Source: Candidatus Omnitrophota bacterium (lineage in GTDB: Bacteria; Omnitrophota; Omnitrophia; Omnitrophales; JACROU01). Taken from it: a DNA stretch of 64,000 bases. The notes under the pieces were generated by a model that was not told the origin of the DNA, searched no databases, and saw only the letters and a list, made by a program, of their open reading frames with translations. Every line of letters begins with the position of its first letter. Positions within the stretch are counted from its first letter, which is position 1. The position numbers and the translations under genes are program-made. This document shows positions 39,962-49,778 of the stretch, piece by piece. The DNA lies in contig JAJDCD010000008.1 in the NCBI GenBank assembly GCA_029261035.1, positions 300,480-364,479 of the forward strand. The letters run 5' to 3'.

Positions 39962-40723
39962 ATGACTAACCTATTAAAGAAATTTAAACAAAATATATGT
40001 CGATGGCATAACCAAGCAGAAATATGGTTTATGCAAAATATTCTTATCGCTCCTGAAGGTCATGCAAACGAAATTAAGTCTACTTTAAAAGAATATTCTA
40101 ATGGAACTTCTAAATCAGATAACGGAAACGTTGTCTTCGACATAGGGGGAAGAAAAGGTGTTTGGTCGGAAGCCTGCAAAAATAATAATTTTAATTACGC
40201 CGTATTAGACATAACGAGTCCCGACCACTATTCAGAGCAACTTCCTCAAAACTTTATCCAGGCAGATGCTCACCAACTTCCTGTACAAAATAATTCCGTA
40301 AAAGGAATCCTCTGTTTTGAAATGTTAGAGCATTGCCGTTATCCAGCCAAAATCTTACAAGAGCTTTCAAGAGTATTAAAAGATGATGGTTTTTTAATTT
40401 TATCGACCCGACAATATTGGGCAACACACGGCTGCCCTCAGGACTACTTTCGCTATACCCAATTAGGCCTCATTGAGTTATTTAAAGAAGCTTCGTTTGA
40501 CGTGGTAAAAACAGTCCCTTTAGGGGGGCCAATGAGCATAGTCGCATCAGTAATTAATGTAAATATCCCTTTTTTAAACAAACCTATTTTGAAACAATTA
40601 TTCATTTATCCGTTGTGGTTGATCTGCACAGTTTTAGACAAAGTATTTTTTCTTCCATCCAAACTATTTAAAACCAACCCAGATACGACCGGGTGGATTG
40701 TCGTAGGACAAAAAAAACAGTAA
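39962..40723 (+). CDS. Class I SAM-dependent methyltransferase
   Basis: Methyltransf_11-like layout (…VFDIGGRKG…ILCFEMLEH…). Confidence 0.6.
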   Translation: MTNLLKKFKQNICRWHNQAEIWFMQNILIAPEGHANEIKSTLKEYSNGTSKSDNGNVVFDIGGRKGVWSEACKNNNFNYAVLDITSPDHYSEQLPQNFIQADAHQLPVQNNSVKGILCFEMLEHCRYPAKILQELSRVLKDDGFLILSTRQYWATHGCPQDYFRYTQLGLIELFKEASFDVVKTVPLGGPMSIVASVINVNIPFLNKPILKQLFIYPLWLICTVLDKVFFLPSKLFKTNPDTTGWIVVGQKKQ

Positions 40724-40832
40724 CTACTTATTTAGGTTTCAAATAAATTGAAAGGCTAAAAATGCTTCTCTTAAATAAATAGTAATTAACATACTCACTC
40801 CATCTTTTATAAATCTATTAAGGAGAAACATC

Positions 40833-41135
40833 ATGTCAGAAAAAAATGTAACTGTCGTAGCAGAAATGAAGGCTAAACTAGGAAAAGAAGCTGAATTAAA
40901 AGAAAACTTAATTGGACTCCTCCACCCCACTCATCAAGAAGAGGGCTGTATCAATTATGATATGCATCAATCCGCTGAAGACTCTTCTACTTTTTTATTT
41001 TATGAGAACTGGACTTCTAAAGAAGCCTTAGATCAACATTTAGCTATGCCCCATCTAAAAGCCTTTTTCGCAAAAACACCCGATTTAATAGATGGCGAAG
41101 TTAAGATATCTTTGTGGGATAAAGTGTCCTACTAA
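40833..41135 (+). CDS. Antibiotic-biosynthesis-monooxygenase (ABM) domain protein
   Basis: Approximately 100-aa ferredoxin-like ABM pattern (…YENWTSKEALDQHLAMPH…). Confidence 0.55.
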   Translation: MSEKNVTVVAEMKAKLGKEAELKENLIGLLHPTHQEEGCINYDMHQSAEDSSTFLFYENWTSKEALDQHLAMPHLKAFFAKTPDLIDGEVKISLWDKVSY

Positions 41136-41162
41136 AAAATAATTACAATAAAAGGAGATGGT

Positions 41163-41735
41163 ATGACAAACAATACAATTATTGAAGGAGTTGATTACGG
41201 TCCTTTAGCCGCACTTATTGGAACCTGGGAAGGTAATAAAGGAATGGACCGTTCTCCCGAACCTGATGGAGAGGAAAAGAACCCCTATTTTGAGACTATT
41301 TTATTTGAAGCCATTGGAGATGTCACTAATGCCGAATCACAAACCTTAGCTGCAGTTCGTTACCATCAAGTTGTCAGCCGTCAGTCTGACCAAAAAGTTT
41401 TTCATAACGAAACGGGCTATTGGATGTGGGATTCCAACACAAACACCTTAATGCATTCCCTAACAATTCCACGCGGTGTCTGTGTACTTGCTGGAGGTAT
41501 CTATAACGCTTCTAATACATCCCCTATTACGCTTGAAGTTAAAGCTAAATTAGGAGATGAGAACTGGGGTATTATTCAATCCCCATTCATGCTTAAAAAT
41601 GCTCGGACCGTTTCTTTTGAACACAAAATTTCCATCGAAGGAGATACTCTTACCTACTCCGAATCCGTAGGCTTAGAAATTTATGGAAAAGACTTTGATC
41701 ATACAGATACAAATACGCTAAATCGTTCTAATTAA
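41163..41735 (+). CDS. Hypothetical protein, possibly a nitrobindin/THAP4-like β-barrel (DUF1794)
   Basis: LAALIGTWEGNKGMD motif resembling the GxWxG region of nitrobindins. Weak assignment. Confidence 0.35.
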   Translation: MTNNTIIEGVDYGPLAALIGTWEGNKGMDRSPEPDGEEKNPYFETILFEAIGDVTNAESQTLAAVRYHQVVSRQSDQKVFHNETGYWMWDSNTNTLMHSLTIPRGVCVLAGGIYNASNTSPITLEVKAKLGDENWGIIQSPFMLKNARTVSFEHKISIEGDTLTYSESVGLEIYGKDFDHTDTNTLNRSN

Positions 41736-41756
41736 GAACCTCCTAAAGGAGACTCT

Positions 41757-42023
41757 ATGAAAAAACCTTCAATCATAAAAGGTATCCTCTCTGCTTTGCT
41801 CACTTTTATCTTTTGTTTAGTATTTATACCAGCAATCGTTGCTTTAATATTGCCATTAGCCCTATCTTGGATGGGTGAAGGTTATGTTTCTTTAGCATCG
41901 ATCATTCTGATGGGAGTGGTTGTATTGATGATTCCATTTTCCTTTTGGGCCGCTTGGAAAAGGTACCGAACATTTAACCCACGAAACCCCTTAGAAAGCC
42001 TCTATAAAAATGGCCAACACTAA
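41757..42023 (+). CDS. Small membrane protein (two TM helices)
   Basis: Two hydrophobic helices. Confidence 0.45.
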   Translation: MKKPSIIKGILSALLTFIFCLVFIPAIVALILPLALSWMGEGYVSLASIILMGVVVLMIPFSFWAAWKRYRTFNPRNPLESLYKNGQH

Positions 42024-42363
42024 TAAAATTGACTATATTGAGAGCCCCACGACAGACATTCAAAAAACTAAAAGTTTTTTCAAACAACTCTTTGGTTGGA
42101 CTTTTCAAGATTTTGGACCTGATTATACAGCCTACGATGACGGCTATATGAAAGGTGGTTTTTATAAATCTGAAACAGTTGCTTCTATTGGAACTGGGAG
42201 TGTCTTAGTTGTTTTTTACAGTACTGAGCTAGAAACTTATAAGGAAAAAATTATTCATCTGGGTGGAAACATCACGAAAGATATTTTTTCTTTCCCAGGA
42301 GGACGGCGATTTCATTTTACTGAGCCTGGTGGAAGTGAATTCGCAATATGGTCCGATAAATAA
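42010..42363 (+). CDS. VOC/glyoxalase-like small protein
   Basis: Size and βαβββ-like pattern. Weak assignment. Confidence 0.35.
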   Translation: MANTNKIDYIESPTTDIQKTKSFFKQLFGWTFQDFGPDYTAYDDGYMKGGFYKSETVASIGTGSVLVVFYSTELETYKEKIIHLGGNITKDIFSFPGGRRFHFTEPGGSEFAIWSDK

Positions 42364-42383
42364 CTCCAAACAAAGGATTCCCA

Positions 42384-43040
42384 ATGGAATGGACATCTGA
42401 GATTGATCAAGGGCTTGTGCGTAAAAAACAAGAAGACAGCATTCAACATTGGCCAAAGGAAAATCCCAAACTATTTATCCTTGGAGATGGGCTTGGAGGA
42501 CTCTCTGACGGAGATATAGCAAGTTCTACTGCTGTTAAACATATTTATGAAACAGCAGAAAAACAAAATGGCTTTAAAACAGTAACAGGTCTTAAGAAAG
42601 CAGTTCAGCAATCCAACAACCGCCTCAAAGAGCAAAACTCATCTAGACCTTCAGAGTCTCATATGGCAACCACCTTAACCCTAGCTTATTTTCAAGACGA
42701 AACCATTCGTTTTGCCCACATCGGAGATAGCCGTATTTACCGAATTAGAAATAATAAAATAAAACAGCTTACCACCGACCATTCTTATGACAGGCACACA
42801 TTAAGCCAAGCTATTGGCTTAGACAGCCATTTGGATATAGACGCTAAAAAGCTCAAAACAAACCCAGGAGACGTCTACCTTATATGCAGTGACGGACTTT
42901 ACGGAATGGTTATGGATGAAACCATCATACAAGAGTATAATAAGAATATCGATATAAAGAAGTACTCAAAAGCTCTTTTAAAACATGCTCTTGAAAATGG
43001 AGGCGAAGATAATATCTCTTTATTCTTAATAAAAATTTAA
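42384..43040 (+). CDS. PP2C-family Ser/Thr phosphatase
   Basis: LFILGDGLGGLSDGD metal-binding motif and C-terminal GGEDNIS. Confidence 0.8.
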   Translation: MEWTSEIDQGLVRKKQEDSIQHWPKENPKLFILGDGLGGLSDGDIASSTAVKHIYETAEKQNGFKTVTGLKKAVQQSNNRLKEQNSSRPSESHMATTLTLAYFQDETIRFAHIGDSRIYRIRNNKIKQLTTDHSYDRHTLSQAIGLDSHLDIDAKKLKTNPGDVYLICSDGLYGMVMDETIIQEYNKNIDIKKYSKALLKHALENGGEDNISLFLIKI

Positions 43041-43067
43041 ACGATATTATTGATCTAAAGAACAACC

Positions 43068-43805
43068 ATGAAAAAGAAGCCAAAAAAGCCAAAAAAAATA
43101 ACAGAATTCAATCTTAAATCTGGAAAAATATTTGATAAAAATTATGAAATATTAGACCTTCTTGGAAAAGGCTGGGAAGGTGAAGTTTATCGCATTCAAG
43201 ATTTAAACACAGGCATAGAAAGAGCTGCAAAACTCTTCTTCCCTCACCGCAACATTAAAAACAAAACATCTAACATTTATGCCGCAAAATTACACCGTCT
43301 TAGAGAATGCCCTGTCGTCATTCATTACCATCATCAAGAAATTATCCGAGTTTCTGGGCAACCGGTAACAGTTTTAGTATCCGAGTACGTTGAGGGAGAA
43401 CTGCTCTCAAATTACTTGCTCAAACAACCCAGAAAACGCTTGAGCCCTTTCCAAGCACTCCATCTCCTTTTTGCCCTTGTTCTCGGAATTGAAAACATCC
43501 ATCATCTAGGCGAATACCATGGAGACTTGCACACAGACAACGTCATCGTCCTAAGGCACGGCTTAAACTATCACCTTAAACTACTCGACTTCTTTCACTA
43601 TGGCCGAGCAACCAAAGAAAATAAAAGTGACGACATCGTTTCTGCCATACAGATTTTCCACGAAGCTTTGGGTGGAGCTAAACAATATTCTAAACAACCC
43701 AAATACATCAAAGAAATATGTCTAGGATTAAAGCACAGTCTTATCAAAAAGAAGTTCAAAACTGCCAGCGACCTTCGAGTCCACCTAGAAAATCTCTCAA
43801 TGTAA
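43068..43805 (+). CDS. Protein-kinase-like protein
   Basis: Gly loop GKGWEGEVY, AAKLF lysine motif, catalytic loop HGDLHTDNV. Confidence 0.65.
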   Translation: MKKKPKKPKKITEFNLKSGKIFDKNYEILDLLGKGWEGEVYRIQDLNTGIERAAKLFFPHRNIKNKTSNIYAAKLHRLRECPVVIHYHHQEIIRVSGQPVTVLVSEYVEGELLSNYLLKQPRKRLSPFQALHLLFALVLGIENIHHLGEYHGDLHTDNVIVLRHGLNYHLKLLDFFHYGRATKENKSDDIVSAIQIFHEALGGAKQYSKQPKYIKEICLGLKHSLIKKKFKTASDLRVHLENLSM

Positions 43806-43851
43806 TTCGCTTATCCACTAGCAGGAAAAAAGGTAGGTTTTTTTGAAGGGC

Positions 43852-44583
43852 TTAATCCCCTTTAACAAAGAAAAGCCAATCGGTATGATTTTCATTAACA
43901 AGCGTATTACGAAAGTTAATCTCTTCTACTCGAACTTCACCAAAAACATTCTTAAGCGCCTCGGCAAACGGAGAACTTTCAGCATAAGACCAGAGACCAA
44001 GAATTCCACCAGGAGCCAAATGCTCCTTAGCTCTCTTCAAACCCTCTTCTGTATAAAAAGCATCATTCCCCTCTTTAATATCTAGATGCTCTCCTGGGGA
44101 GTGATCAATATCAATTAAAATCAAATCGTATTGTCTTTCTGGCGAGGTAGAAAGCTGTTCATAAAAATCTCCCTGAATCACTTCTAAACGATTATCAGAA
44201 TTAAGCTCATCCGACAGAGGCACAAGCCCATCTTTAAGCCAGCGGATCACCTGCGGTAAAAATTCAATGACTTGCAGTTGTTTAACACGTTTAGATTGCA
44301 ACGCTGCACGAGCGGTATACCCCAACCCCAAACCACCCACAAGAACACTAAGATCATTCCCCTGATGCATCTGAAGCGCAATATCCGCCAAAGCACACTC
44401 AGAGTCTGTATTATAACTACTCATCAAAAACTCTTGATTCAAAGTTATCTCAGTAACAAATGTACCAGCTTGCCCCAAAAGCTCCCTACGCCTAAGACAA
44501 AGAACTCCAAGAGGTGTAGACTCATAAGCTAAAATTTCAAAAGAAGATGAATTCATAGCCCCATTATATACTAGACCTCTCAT
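43852..44583 (-). CDS. Spermidine-synthase-like class I methyltransferase-fold protein
   Basis: VLVGGLGLGYT SAM-binding motif and ILIDIDHSP. Confidence 0.5.
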   Translation of the reverse strand: MRGLVYNGAMNSSSFEILAYESTPLGVLCLRRRELLGQAGTFVTEITLNQEFLMSSYNTDSECALADIALQMHQGNDLSVLVGGLGLGYTARAALQSKRVKQLQVIEFLPQVIRWLKDGLVPLSDELNSDNRLEVIQGDFYEQLSTSPERQYDLILIDIDHSPGEHLDIKEGNDAFYTEEGLKRAKEHLAPGGILGLWSYAESSPFAEALKNVFGEVRVEEINFRNTLVNENHTDWLFFVKGD

Positions 44584-44658
44584 AAAAAACCCTAAATCTT
44601 AAAAATAACGACCCCTTGATTTTCAAACCGAAACGACTATAATGTGACCTCTTTTGGT

Positions 44659-44735
44659 GGTGGGCGTAGCTCAGTTGGTAGAGCCCCTGATTGTGGTTCA
44701 GGTTGTCGCGGGTTCAAGTCCCGTCGCTCACCCCA
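44659..44735 (+). tRNA. tRNA-His (anticodon GTG) with encoded G-1 and CCA
   Basis: G-1:C73 extra pair, acceptor GTGGGCG/CGCTCAC, anticodon loop TTGTGGT, T-arm GCGGG-TTCAAGT-CCCGT. Confidence 0.85.
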
Positions 44736-46546
44736 TTTGATACCCTCGGACGAACCGGATCTATTAATCCGGTCGTCGGGTTAAATTCCCGCGGCGGTCT
44801 GCCTCTTCCTTGAGGTTGGCCGCCATTTTGGCTAAACTTTAAGCGCTTCGCATTATTCCCATAGCACTTGCCAATTTCTTCTAAAGTTTCAGCCCAAATT
44901 TTTGTCAGACTGGTGTCAATCGCTGGTTTACAAAATAAACCTACAGTAATTTCTCCCGTCCAACTTTTCCTATCATAAACTTTACAAACCGCGTATCTAA
45001 TGAAGCCTGATAGTAAACTTTTCAACTTTTCCGGTTTATCTTCGCATGAATCAACAATCATCTCGAAAAGTTGAAGCGTTTGAATTTGTTCGCGAGCATT
45101 TCCTGCAAGCCTCGTCTCAGCCTTTAATTCCTGATCGAGTCTCCGTTCTTCCTGGTTGAGCTCGTCAATCTCTGTTTGCAATGCCCGGAGTCTATCTTTC
45201 ACGGTCTCCACCCCACAAACCCCCTTATCTGCTAGCACCTCAACTAAATTTTGAATCTTCTGTTCCGTTTGAGGCTTTAGGGCACGTACGCGAATCAAAT
45301 CTTCATCGAGATCTTTGATTCGGGAGTAACTGGCTTTATTAGCTTTGTTTATCACCTTTTCAATAATAGTGGGTCTCAACTTTAATCTTTTAAGAAATTC
45401 TATAACTGCTTGATCAATCGATTCAGCAGGCACATAAACACTTTCGCATTCTGCGCCGTCTGATTTGTCTGCCTTCGAGCACAAATAATAAGGGTAATAA
45501 CGTTTAACTCTCGATCCACCTATACCCGGTTTTGGCACCATTGATGATTGACAGCTTGGACATCTTAAAAGACCTTGCAGCAGATACACATATTTCTTTG
45601 TTGCATCAAGAGTTTTTCTGCTGTGATTTGTTTTCGAATTGCTCTTGATAATGTTTTGAATCTTTTCGTATACCTTCAGGTCCCGAATAGGCTTCCAGTT
45701 CCCGACGTAACGCTTTCCCTCATAATCCTGGTGACCTGCATACCGAATATTTTGAAGGATTCTTAAAACTTGCGGTTTTGTATAGGATTTACCACGTGGG
45801 GTCTTGTATCCCAGCCTCCTGAGTTCGCGAGCTACTTTATTTGAGCTTTCATGTTGGATATAAAGTCTGTCTATTAAATTTATATGTTTCTTAAAATTAT
45901 TATGAATTAGAAAAGTATGGTGACCATTCTTATCTCTTGTCATTTTATATCCAATGGGTGGTGAGCCAAGAGGACGTCCCTGCTGTACGTGTCTTACGTT
46001 AGTTTCTAAACTATACTGCGAAATGCGATCTGCTTGCCACTGCGCAAGATTGGCATGGTTACGCATAATCATTTGGCCATCAGGCGTTGATGTATCAATG
46101 TCTAAATCGAGACAAACTAATGCAACTCCGGACTCATTAAATTGTCCTGAAATCTGAATGTAATCTAGCAAGTTTCTGGCAATGCGATCCAGCTTTGTGA
46201 CCACAACCACATCAATCAAGCCGCTCTTTGCAAGCAGAAGCGCTTGCCTTAACCCCTCGCGTCCAAATATGGTCGTCGCCGTTTTTCCTCGCCGTTCCCC
46301 CTTCTCATTCTCGTTTTCAACAAAGATCTCCGTCAGCATCCACTTCTGAGGAGTTAGCATGGTGGATTTCGCTTTTACCCAGTTAGCGAGAACATCCTTC
46401 TGATGATCTAAGGATTCGCCAATCTTTTTCGCCTGCTTGTCTGATGACACCCTTGTAATGCCAAAGACACGAATAGTGTCCTTTTCTTTAAAGCTGTCAA
46501 TCGTTGTAACATTTTGCCATCTTCTTCGTCTCTTTCTCATGCTCAC
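44714..46546 (-). CDS. Large serine recombinase (resolvase domain, recombinase domain, zinc ribbon, coiled coil). C-terminus overlaps the tRNA-His 3' end
   Basis: GITRVSSDKQ catalytic Ser motif. DIDTSTPDG…LAQWQ. Cys-rich CPSCQ…C…C zinc ribbon. ORF stop lies inside the tRNA. Confidence 0.85.
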   Translation of the reverse strand: MSMRKRRRRWQNVTTIDSFKEKDTIRVFGITRVSSDKQAKKIGESLDHQKDVLANWVKAKSTMLTPQKWMLTEIFVENENEKGERRGKTATTIFGREGLRQALLLAKSGLIDVVVVTKLDRIARNLLDYIQISGQFNESGVALVCLDLDIDTSTPDGQMIMRNHANLAQWQADRISQYSLETNVRHVQQGRPLGSPPIGYKMTRDKNGHHTFLIHNNFKKHINLIDRLYIQHESSNKVARELRRLGYKTPRGKSYTKPQVLRILQNIRYAGHQDYEGKRYVGNWKPIRDLKVYEKIQNIIKSNSKTNHSRKTLDATKKYVYLLQGLLRCPSCQSSMVPKPGIGGSRVKRYYPYYLCSKADKSDGAECESVYVPAESIDQAVIEFLKRLKLRPTIIEKVINKANKASYSRIKDLDEDLIRVRALKPQTEQKIQNLVEVLADKGVCGVETVKDRLRALQTEIDELNQEERRLDQELKAETRLAGNAREQIQTLQLFEMIVDSCEDKPEKLKSLLSGFIRYAVCKVYDRKSWTGEITVGLFCKPAIDTSLTKIWAETLEEIGKCYGNNAKRLKFSQNGGQPQGRGRPPREFNPTTGLIDPVRPRVSNGVSDGT

Positions 46547-46590
46547 TCCATTTATTCATTTAGGTATCATATTATATACATAAATGGTAT

Positions 46591-46887
46591 TTATCGCATT
46601 ACTTTTTCCATACAATTTTCCGCCCATATTTCACTTAGCAAATCAATAATTTCTTCAATTCGCTCTTCATGATCCAGTAGGTTAAAGGGGTTCAGCGGAT
46701 TATCTTGCAACGCCTTATATTCATTATTACCTGCTATGCGCACGACAAAACATCCCCTACGCATTTTTAGGGGCTTTCCCTTCAAACATTTTTGTGGGAA
46801 AGGCATTTTCTTCTCCCTCTTTTTTGATCTTGCGATATTAATCACCTCCAAAGGTTTGAATAGCAAGACAACAGCCTTCAGCCTCAC
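46591..46887 (-). CDS. Small basic hypothetical protein (possible recombination directionality or regulatory factor)
   Basis: Position next to the recombinase only. No recognisable motif. Confidence 0.3.
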   Translation of the reverse strand: MRLKAVVLLFKPLEVINIARSKKREKKMPFPQKCLKGKPLKMRRGCFVVRIAGNNEYKALQDNPLNPFNLLDHEERIEEIIDLLSEIWAENCMEKVMR

Positions 46888-46920
46888 TGTTTGTCAATGA
46901 GACTGAAAGCTGATATTTTT

Positions 46921-47505
46921 TTAAACAAAACTTATCTGATCAATATAAAGCGACCCTGCTTTTGGCCTCGAATTTACATCGTCAAAAACGATCACAAATT
47001 CATTCAGGCTAGTCCAGTCATTGATTCGCCTGAATTTTTCAAAAGGGATCGTGACTCTTTGCCATTCACTGGTAATTCCACTTACCACGTATGCGGACGG
47101 TCTCGCGCTCATGTCCTTCAATTCAATTTTTATTCGATTCGTAAACTCTTTTTCGGCATCACCCTTCACAAAAAAGCTAAGCGAGTTGAATCTGCTTGCA
47201 TCCTCACCGTTTAGCTTCATCCAGAATCCGTTATATGCTGGATTCACAGAATCGACATCGTAATCCAATCTCACGGAATAGCCTGCCGAATCACCTAACG
47301 CATCATCCGGTTCAAAGGATAATTTCGTTCCTTGGGTATCATCATAAGGATCTTTATCCCAGGCTCCGAAATCACCTCCGATATTATTTGGTTTGTCTCC
47401 GGTATCAAAATCAGCTATCACGAGTTCGCTTTGTGCTGCGTTTACGACCGGACTAACCATCGCAAAAATCGCCATGACTAAAACAGCTGCGGTTTCTTTT
47501 TTCAT
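46921..47505 (-). CDS. Secreted CBM-like β-sandwich domain protein (paralog of the N-terminal domain of 31998-34148)
   Basis: ATG 47503-47505 with signal peptide MKKETAAVLVMAIFAMVSPVVNA. Shared motifs AWDKDPYDDT, YDVDS, GFWMKL, SEWQ, YIDQISFV. Confidence 0.7.
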   Translation of the reverse strand: MKKETAAVLVMAIFAMVSPVVNAAQSELVIADFDTGDKPNNIGGDFGAWDKDPYDDTQGTKLSFEPDDALGDSAGYSVRLDYDVDSVNPAYNGFWMKLNGEDASRFNSLSFFVKGDAEKEFTNRIKIELKDMSARPSAYVVSGITSEWQRVTIPFEKFRRINDWTSLNEFVIVFDDVNSRPKAGSLYIDQISFV

Positions 47506-47530
47506 TTGTAAGCACTCTCCTTTTTTTGAT

Positions 47531-48079
47531 TTAAAATATTGAAACAATGGAACCGAGGGTTCCATACTTATGCTTCGCCATGATCTTTCTGAATTCCGGA
47601 TCATTCACAAATTGCTTAAGCGCATCCTTCACAAGAAAGTCTGCGATGCGTTCCTTAGCTTCTGACTCCATAAAAGAATCAATCAACACCTCGTAGCCTC
47701 CTGACTTTTTCCCTTCATATTTAAGGACACCTTTTTCATTGATTACTCTGAGTTCGAGAACGAGTGCGGCTTTAACTGGCCGACTCAAGATATCCGGCGA
47801 TGAAAGCTCAAGTCCTCTCACTCTCAAGATGACCTTTTCACTATCCTTGCTTGAAACAAGTTCGATAATACCTTGCTGATCTTCATTCCTTTCAACCTCA
47901 AGACCCGTTTTAAGACCGATGTAATGAACCAAATAACGTGTAACCATATCTCGAAGACTATTATCAGTTGGGATTATCTCCTGACTCTCTTTTACTTTTT
48001 CGGTCATAACTTGGGGCACCGTGGCTGCACAGCCAATAACCAATGAGAGGAGTAATATCGCAAGACTTGAGATCCTCAT
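47531..48079 (-). CDS. Lipoprotein, hypothetical (182 aa)
   Basis: Lipobox LVIGCAAT. Confidence 0.55.
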   Translation of the reverse strand: MRISSLAILLLSLVIGCAATVPQVMTEKVKESQEIIPTDNSLRDMVTRYLVHYIGLKTGLEVERNEDQQGIIELVSSKDSEKVILRVRGLELSSPDILSRPVKAALVLELRVINEKGVLKYEGKKSGGYEVLIDSFMESEAKERIADFLVKDALKQFVNDPEFRKIMAKHKYGTLGSIVSIF

Positions 48080-49200
48080 GCTTTATTACCCTCTTCCGTT
48101 CGTTGTCTAATTTGGTGCTGCATAAAAAGATCACGGCCACGCTGAAGCTCTCGCTTGAGATCATCAGGTTTTGGGAGTTTAAGCTGATATTTTGAGACAA
48201 ATATTTTGTTACTCATGCCACCCGTGGCATACTTCACACATGCGCTACTTTTATTCGCGCACAATACAACGCCAATGGGATCGCTTTCTGCTTGTGGCAT
48301 TAAATGATCTTTTGCCCAGTTCAAATAGAGATTCATTTGACCGGCGTAAGCGTGTGTAAATCGTCCGATTTTGAGGTCCAATATCACATAACAATTTAAA
48401 GGAATATGATAAAGGACGAGATCCATTCGATACTCATCTCCATCCAGATTAAAACGCTTCTGTCGCGATACGAATGTGAATCCGGCTCCGAGTTCCAAAA
48501 GAAATCGTTCAAGGTGATGTATCAAGGCATCTTCAAGATCAAGCTCTGAATACTCATCTTTAAGATTCAAAAACTCAAGAACGTAGGAATCTTTTATTTC
48601 ATCTTCCGGCCGTACAATAATGGGATGTTCATTGGCTTTCTTTAAAACAAGATCTTTACGCTTTGACAGAGCTGTTCTCTCAAAAAGCGCCGCCTGAATT
48701 TCACGATCAAGTTGTCTTGCAGACCAATGGCTTCGCAGACACTCATTTTCATAGAATCTTCTTTTTACCGAATCATCCAACCTCATAAGCTGCCTGTAAT
48801 GTGACCAAGAAAGGCTAAAGGATCTGATCACATCACCTAATGCGGGCGCTTTGGCCAATTCGCTACACACCGTGTAGCGTTTTTCGATGCCTTTGTAGGT
48901 GAGGTAAAACTGCCGTATGGCTCTTAGATGGGCCTCACCCCACCCTTTTCCAAGCTTATGTTTAAGGTCTCCCGACAAATGCTTGAGTAAAGCCTCCCCA
49001 TAGCGAGCTCGATTCCTTCCTTTTTGCTCAAATTCCACGATCCTTCGGCCGGTCAACCAATAGGTAGCAACTAACGCAGCATTAACCTGCCTGACCACAC
49101 TCTCTCGGCCCTCATGAATTAAGGCTGATATGCTGTTGAGCAACTGCCGATAATCGTCCATCCGCACTGCGTTATTTCCTGATGATTTGAGATGCCTCAT
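48076..49200 (-). CDS. YhcG-like PDDEXK nuclease (DUF1016)
   Basis: N-terminal LVATYWLTGRRIVEFEQKGRNRARYGEALLKHLSGDL…GWGEAHLRAIRQFY is the hallmark of DUF1016/YhcG. C-terminal D…E.K-like block. Confidence 0.75.
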   Translation of the reverse strand: MRHLKSSGNNAVRMDDYRQLLNSISALIHEGRESVVRQVNAALVATYWLTGRRIVEFEQKGRNRARYGEALLKHLSGDLKHKLGKGWGEAHLRAIRQFYLTYKGIEKRYTVCSELAKAPALGDVIRSFSLSWSHYRQLMRLDDSVKRRFYENECLRSHWSARQLDREIQAALFERTALSKRKDLVLKKANEHPIIVRPEDEIKDSYVLEFLNLKDEYSELDLEDALIHHLERFLLELGAGFTFVSRQKRFNLDGDEYRMDLVLYHIPLNCYVILDLKIGRFTHAYAGQMNLYLNWAKDHLMPQAESDPIGVVLCANKSSACVKYATGGMSNKIFVSKYQLKLPKPDDLKRELQRGRDLFMQHQIRQRTEEGNKA

Positions 49201-49778
49201 GAAAGAGTGCCTCCCTTCACAACAGAAACTTCTTTCAAAAACAACACACCTTTTTTGGGCCTTGCGTGGATATCATCAATCACAATCTCAAATGTCTTTA
49301 CCTCTGACCAATCCCGGATTCTTCTAAATTTCTGAAGAGGGACTTCAAATTCCTTCCATTCGCTTCTTACTCCTGACAATAAATAGGGCGCTTTACGATT
49401 ATCTTTATCCGTAAATTGAAGTGCTATATTGCCAGTGAAGGGCGGATCGCTTTCAGCTCTCATCCAAAGATGAAGCGATTCATATTCTGATAAATCATGG
49501 CCCTCGATTTTAAGCCAGAAACCTCCCATTGCAGGAAGCGAAGAATCCACATCAAAGAGCACGTCTACTTCTGCGGCGTTCGCGCTAATCTCATGTCTTA
49601 CGCTCTGCGCAGCATCGAGAATGTTATGCTCCCAGGTTCCCATCATGATCTCAGCATCAAGCCGAGTAAGATCGAGTAGATTCAGTTTTTCGTTCTCAGC
49701 ATTCGCTTGCCCTTTAAATGACACGATACATATAAAAAGGAGCAATGCCCTAGAAAGAGTTCTTAAGCACATTCGCAT
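49197..49778 (-). CDS. Secreted CBM-like β-sandwich domain protein (third paralog)
   Basis: ATG 49776-49778 with signal peptide MRMCLRTLSRALLLFICIVSFKGQANA. Motifs DVDSSLP, GGFWLKI, SEWKEF, FLKEVSVV. Confidence 0.7.
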   Translation of the reverse strand: MRMCLRTLSRALLLFICIVSFKGQANAENEKLNLLDLTRLDAEIMMGTWEHNILDAAQSVRHEISANAAEVDVLFDVDSSLPAMGGFWLKIEGHDLSEYESLHLWMRAESDPPFTGNIALQFTDKDNRKAPYLLSGVRSEWKEFEVPLQKFRRIRDWSEVKTFEIVIDDIHARPKKGVLFLKEVSVVKGGTLS

